Shown: positions 61,648 through 64,000 of the stretch, piece by piece
Numbering within the stretch: the first letter of the stretch is position 1
Layout of the letters: each line of letters begins with the position of its first letter
DNA from: Sulfolobales archaeon HS-7
Lineage (GTDB): Archaea > Thermoproteota > Thermoprotei_A > Sulfolobales > Sulfolobaceae
Length of the DNA stretch: 64,000 bases
Direction of reading: 5' to 3'
NCBI GenBank assembly: GCA_019704295.1
Contig: AP024596.1
Span: forward strand, 1,440,001 to 1,504,000
Translations under genes and position numbers: made by a program
The notes under the pieces: model-generated
Told to the model about the DNA's origin: nothing
The model's database searches: none
What the model saw: only the letters and a program-made list of their open reading frames with translations

Positions 61648-62874
61648 ATGAAGATCCTTATCTCCTCAATCGGAGACCCTAGATATGACGAGGTGAAGTA
61701 TCGCCTAGAAGACAAGGAATATCAGAGCAAGTTTTCAGGTGAGGCTATTTATCAGGCGTTTAACCCCGACGTAGCCATAGTAGTCGGACAGTACACCTTA
61801 GCTCATAAGTCAAGCACACCCACGAATTACGCCGATTTAAAAGAAAATTCTGAGAAATACATCAGAGAAAAACTCAATTTATCATCACAGTGGAAGGTGA
61901 TAGTTTCACCCGGCGTGTACGGTTACTCCGATGGTTGGAGTTACGTAGGGGAAATATACAACTTCTACGCGTATACCCTATACGAGCTGTATGGCATGCT
62001 CCTCAATAAAAGGGAGGACTTGGAGGTATTCCTCGATATAACTCACGGAGTCAACTACATCGGTTACCTAACTGCCAGTGCCGTACAGCAAATTCTTGAC
62101 GCCTATTCAACAGGTTTCAACGTTAGGCTCAGATTGTTCAACTCAGATCCTCATTACAAAAGCGAGAGTAAGATGGTATCGCTTTCACTTAATGAGATAG
62201 TGAACAGGGAGGTGAAACCAGCTTTCACCTACTCAACATTAGAGCAAAACGTCCTTCGTCCCGCCAGATTCTTGTCTAAAGAAATGAAGGAGGATATAGG
62301 GAAGAGGATATCCAAGGAAATTCCAGGTGAGGTAGACGACCTCTACTTAATTAACGCGATTAACTCCGGCGCACTGCTTGCAGCTTATGAGTTAGCCAAG
62401 GACTTCGGAGAGGTTATAAAAAAGAGCGTGAAACTATTCGAGGAATACGTTCATGTAGAACAGAAAAGTGTTTACCAAAAGGTAGCTTTTACGTCAAAGT
62501 TCGAGTCGTTGATAATCGCCAGCATATTGAGGGAGATCTCATTGGGGGATTTTAAAGGAGATGTGACAGTCTCAGAACTGTGGCGAAAGGCGAATCAAAT
62601 CTACAGGTACAGGGATATGCAGAGAACAATTATTAATAATGAATTGTATGAAATAAAACAAGAAGTAGAAAAGGCAACGAGTACGGTAACTCAAGATGGG
62701 TGGGAACCTCTATCGAATTTCATCAAATCGCAAGAGGAACCTGACAAGAGAACTTTCCTAGCCCATGCGGGATTACCAGGTTCCTTATGTGAGGTTAAGG
62801 TCGAAGATAAGGAGGTCAAGCTTAGATATAACCAAAAGGGTAAGGAGCGGATCAGAAATTACCTAAGAATTTAG
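61648..62874 (+). CDS. csx1: Csx1 CARF-HEPN ribonuclease
   Basis: SSIGDPRYDEVKY, LDITHGVNY, LFNSDP and HEPN motif RTFLAHAG. Confidence 0.92.
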   Translation: MKILISSIGDPRYDEVKYRLEDKEYQSKFSGEAIYQAFNPDVAIVVGQYTLAHKSSTPTNYADLKENSEKYIREKLNLSSQWKVIVSPGVYGYSDGWSYVGEIYNFYAYTLYELYGMLLNKREDLEVFLDITHGVNYIGYLTASAVQQILDAYSTGFNVRLRLFNSDPHYKSESKMVSLSLNEIVNREVKPAFTYSTLEQNVLRPARFLSKEMKEDIGKRISKEIPGEVDDLYLINAINSGALLAAYELAKDFGEVIKKSVKLFEEYVHVEQKSVYQKVAFTSKFESLIIASILREISLGDFKGDVTVSELWRKANQIYRYRDMQRTIINNELYEIKQEVEKATSTVTQDGWEPLSNFIKSQEEPDKRTFLAHAGLPGSLCEVKVEDKEVKLRYNQKGKERIRNYLRI

Positions 62875-63729
62875 GTATGCCGTAGGTAGATATTTATCTT
62901 AGTCAAAATGATGGGAAGCCTCCTGGGTATAATTCGAGTTTCTTTTGTGATTGTAATTCTTGAGATGTATATAACCAAAGTGAATTGTTAAGCGTAAACT
63001 CCTGCTAATCGATCCCGTAGCGTTTATAAAGTTTTTCAATATCCATAAATAAATTGTATCAGTAAAGAACTCTGAACGTCCTCATCTATTATGACCACTT
63101 TAACTCGCGATAATGAATATGTTTTGATGAGAATAACTAGTTAAAGTAAAAGGTATAAAAGACGTCTATCCAGAATCAAATTCATTTAATTATACTTATA
63201 CAATAAAGATAGTTTATCATATGTAGAATCGATTACGTGATTTTGGTAATTAAGGCTAAGGGAGCAAGCTTTTTGTGAGGACTTTATCCTATACTGGGAC
63301 TGCCTAACCGATTACTATATTATATTTATGAGATCAGCAAAGGTGTTTCAATATCCCCAAATCCCCTGTATTTGCCCTTAATTTCACCTCTGTAATCCCT
63401 TTAATTCACATAAAAGCTTCTTTATATCGTAACATCATTATATACGTCGGGCATCATTTCGTGTCATCATAACTTGTATACTGTAGCATTTTCCCAAATT
63501 TAAGTAGCTATGGTAAGCACCTGTTACAATAATCATATTGGAATTGAAATATTGTAATTTAAGAACCCCCTCGGAAATACGCTCATCTCGCCTAAGAGAA
63601 TACACAGCAGACAGAGGGAGATATCGGTTAGGTGGTAAGTGCTTCCCCAAGATCTCTTTAACCCCTCATTGTTGGGAAATACCGATTATCCCTCAGTTCA
63701 ATTAATTAACCTAGGGGAGATATACATCT

Positions 63730-64000
63730 ATGCGTGTAGATCCCCGCCTTTGCATCTCCTGTAGGGGGGCTAAGTACCTCTGCGGACTTAACTACTGTCC
63801 TGTCATGGTGAGAAATGCGTTACATAAAGTTAATTTGGATAAGGACATAAGTGGGAGTTCACCGCCGTCAGTTTTTGTAGGGAGATTCGGCTATCCTAGG
63901 ATTACTGTGTACCCCTCTACTCCTCCTATTGGTGGGGACACGTCTCATTACGAGGATCCGTCTGCCTGGTTGAAAATGGATATTACCTCTTTTTTATCCA
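63730..64000 (+). CDS. nreA: Nre-family DNA repair protein (partial)
   Basis: Hand translation gives LCISCRGAKYLCGLNYCP...GSSPPSVFVGRFGYP. Confidence 0.85.
   Translation, partial: MRVDPRLCISCRGAKYLCGLNYCPVMVRNALHKVNLDKDISGSSPPSVFVGRFGYPRITVYPSTPPIGGDTSHYEDPSAWLKMDITSFLS

Overview
This is a Sulfolobales-type (thermoacidophilic crenarchaeal) defence island of about 60 kb, bounded by a partial DEAD/DEAH helicase on the left and a partial nre DNA-repair gene on the right. The taxon is inferred from the gene families present. It holds three CRISPR arrays sharing the 30-bp repeat GTTTGTAGCTTTCCTATGAGGGCTTGAAAC and near-identical leaders, a complete type III-B (cmr) operon, a rearranged type I-B system, csx1, three vapBC-type loci (two with broken toxins), a formate dehydrogenase operon, a 1439-aa SIR2/dual P-loop/tandem-repeat protein and remnants of pNOB8-like plasmids. 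Three observations stand out. (1) A 3.7-kb plasmid remnant (plrA, Kiwa-like kwaAB, integrase pseudogene, tRNA-Glu att) sits inside array 3 and appears to have integrated into a spacer that served as attB. (2) Array 2 contains an exact 30-bp duplication around a 39-bp insert that looks like an off-register Cas1-Cas2 integration, with weaker similar scars at the cas1 and cas10 3' ends. (3) The SIR2 protein has an NLR-like layout with near-identical 120-bp repeats. All calls are by-eye motif recognition; no searches were run and counts are approximate.
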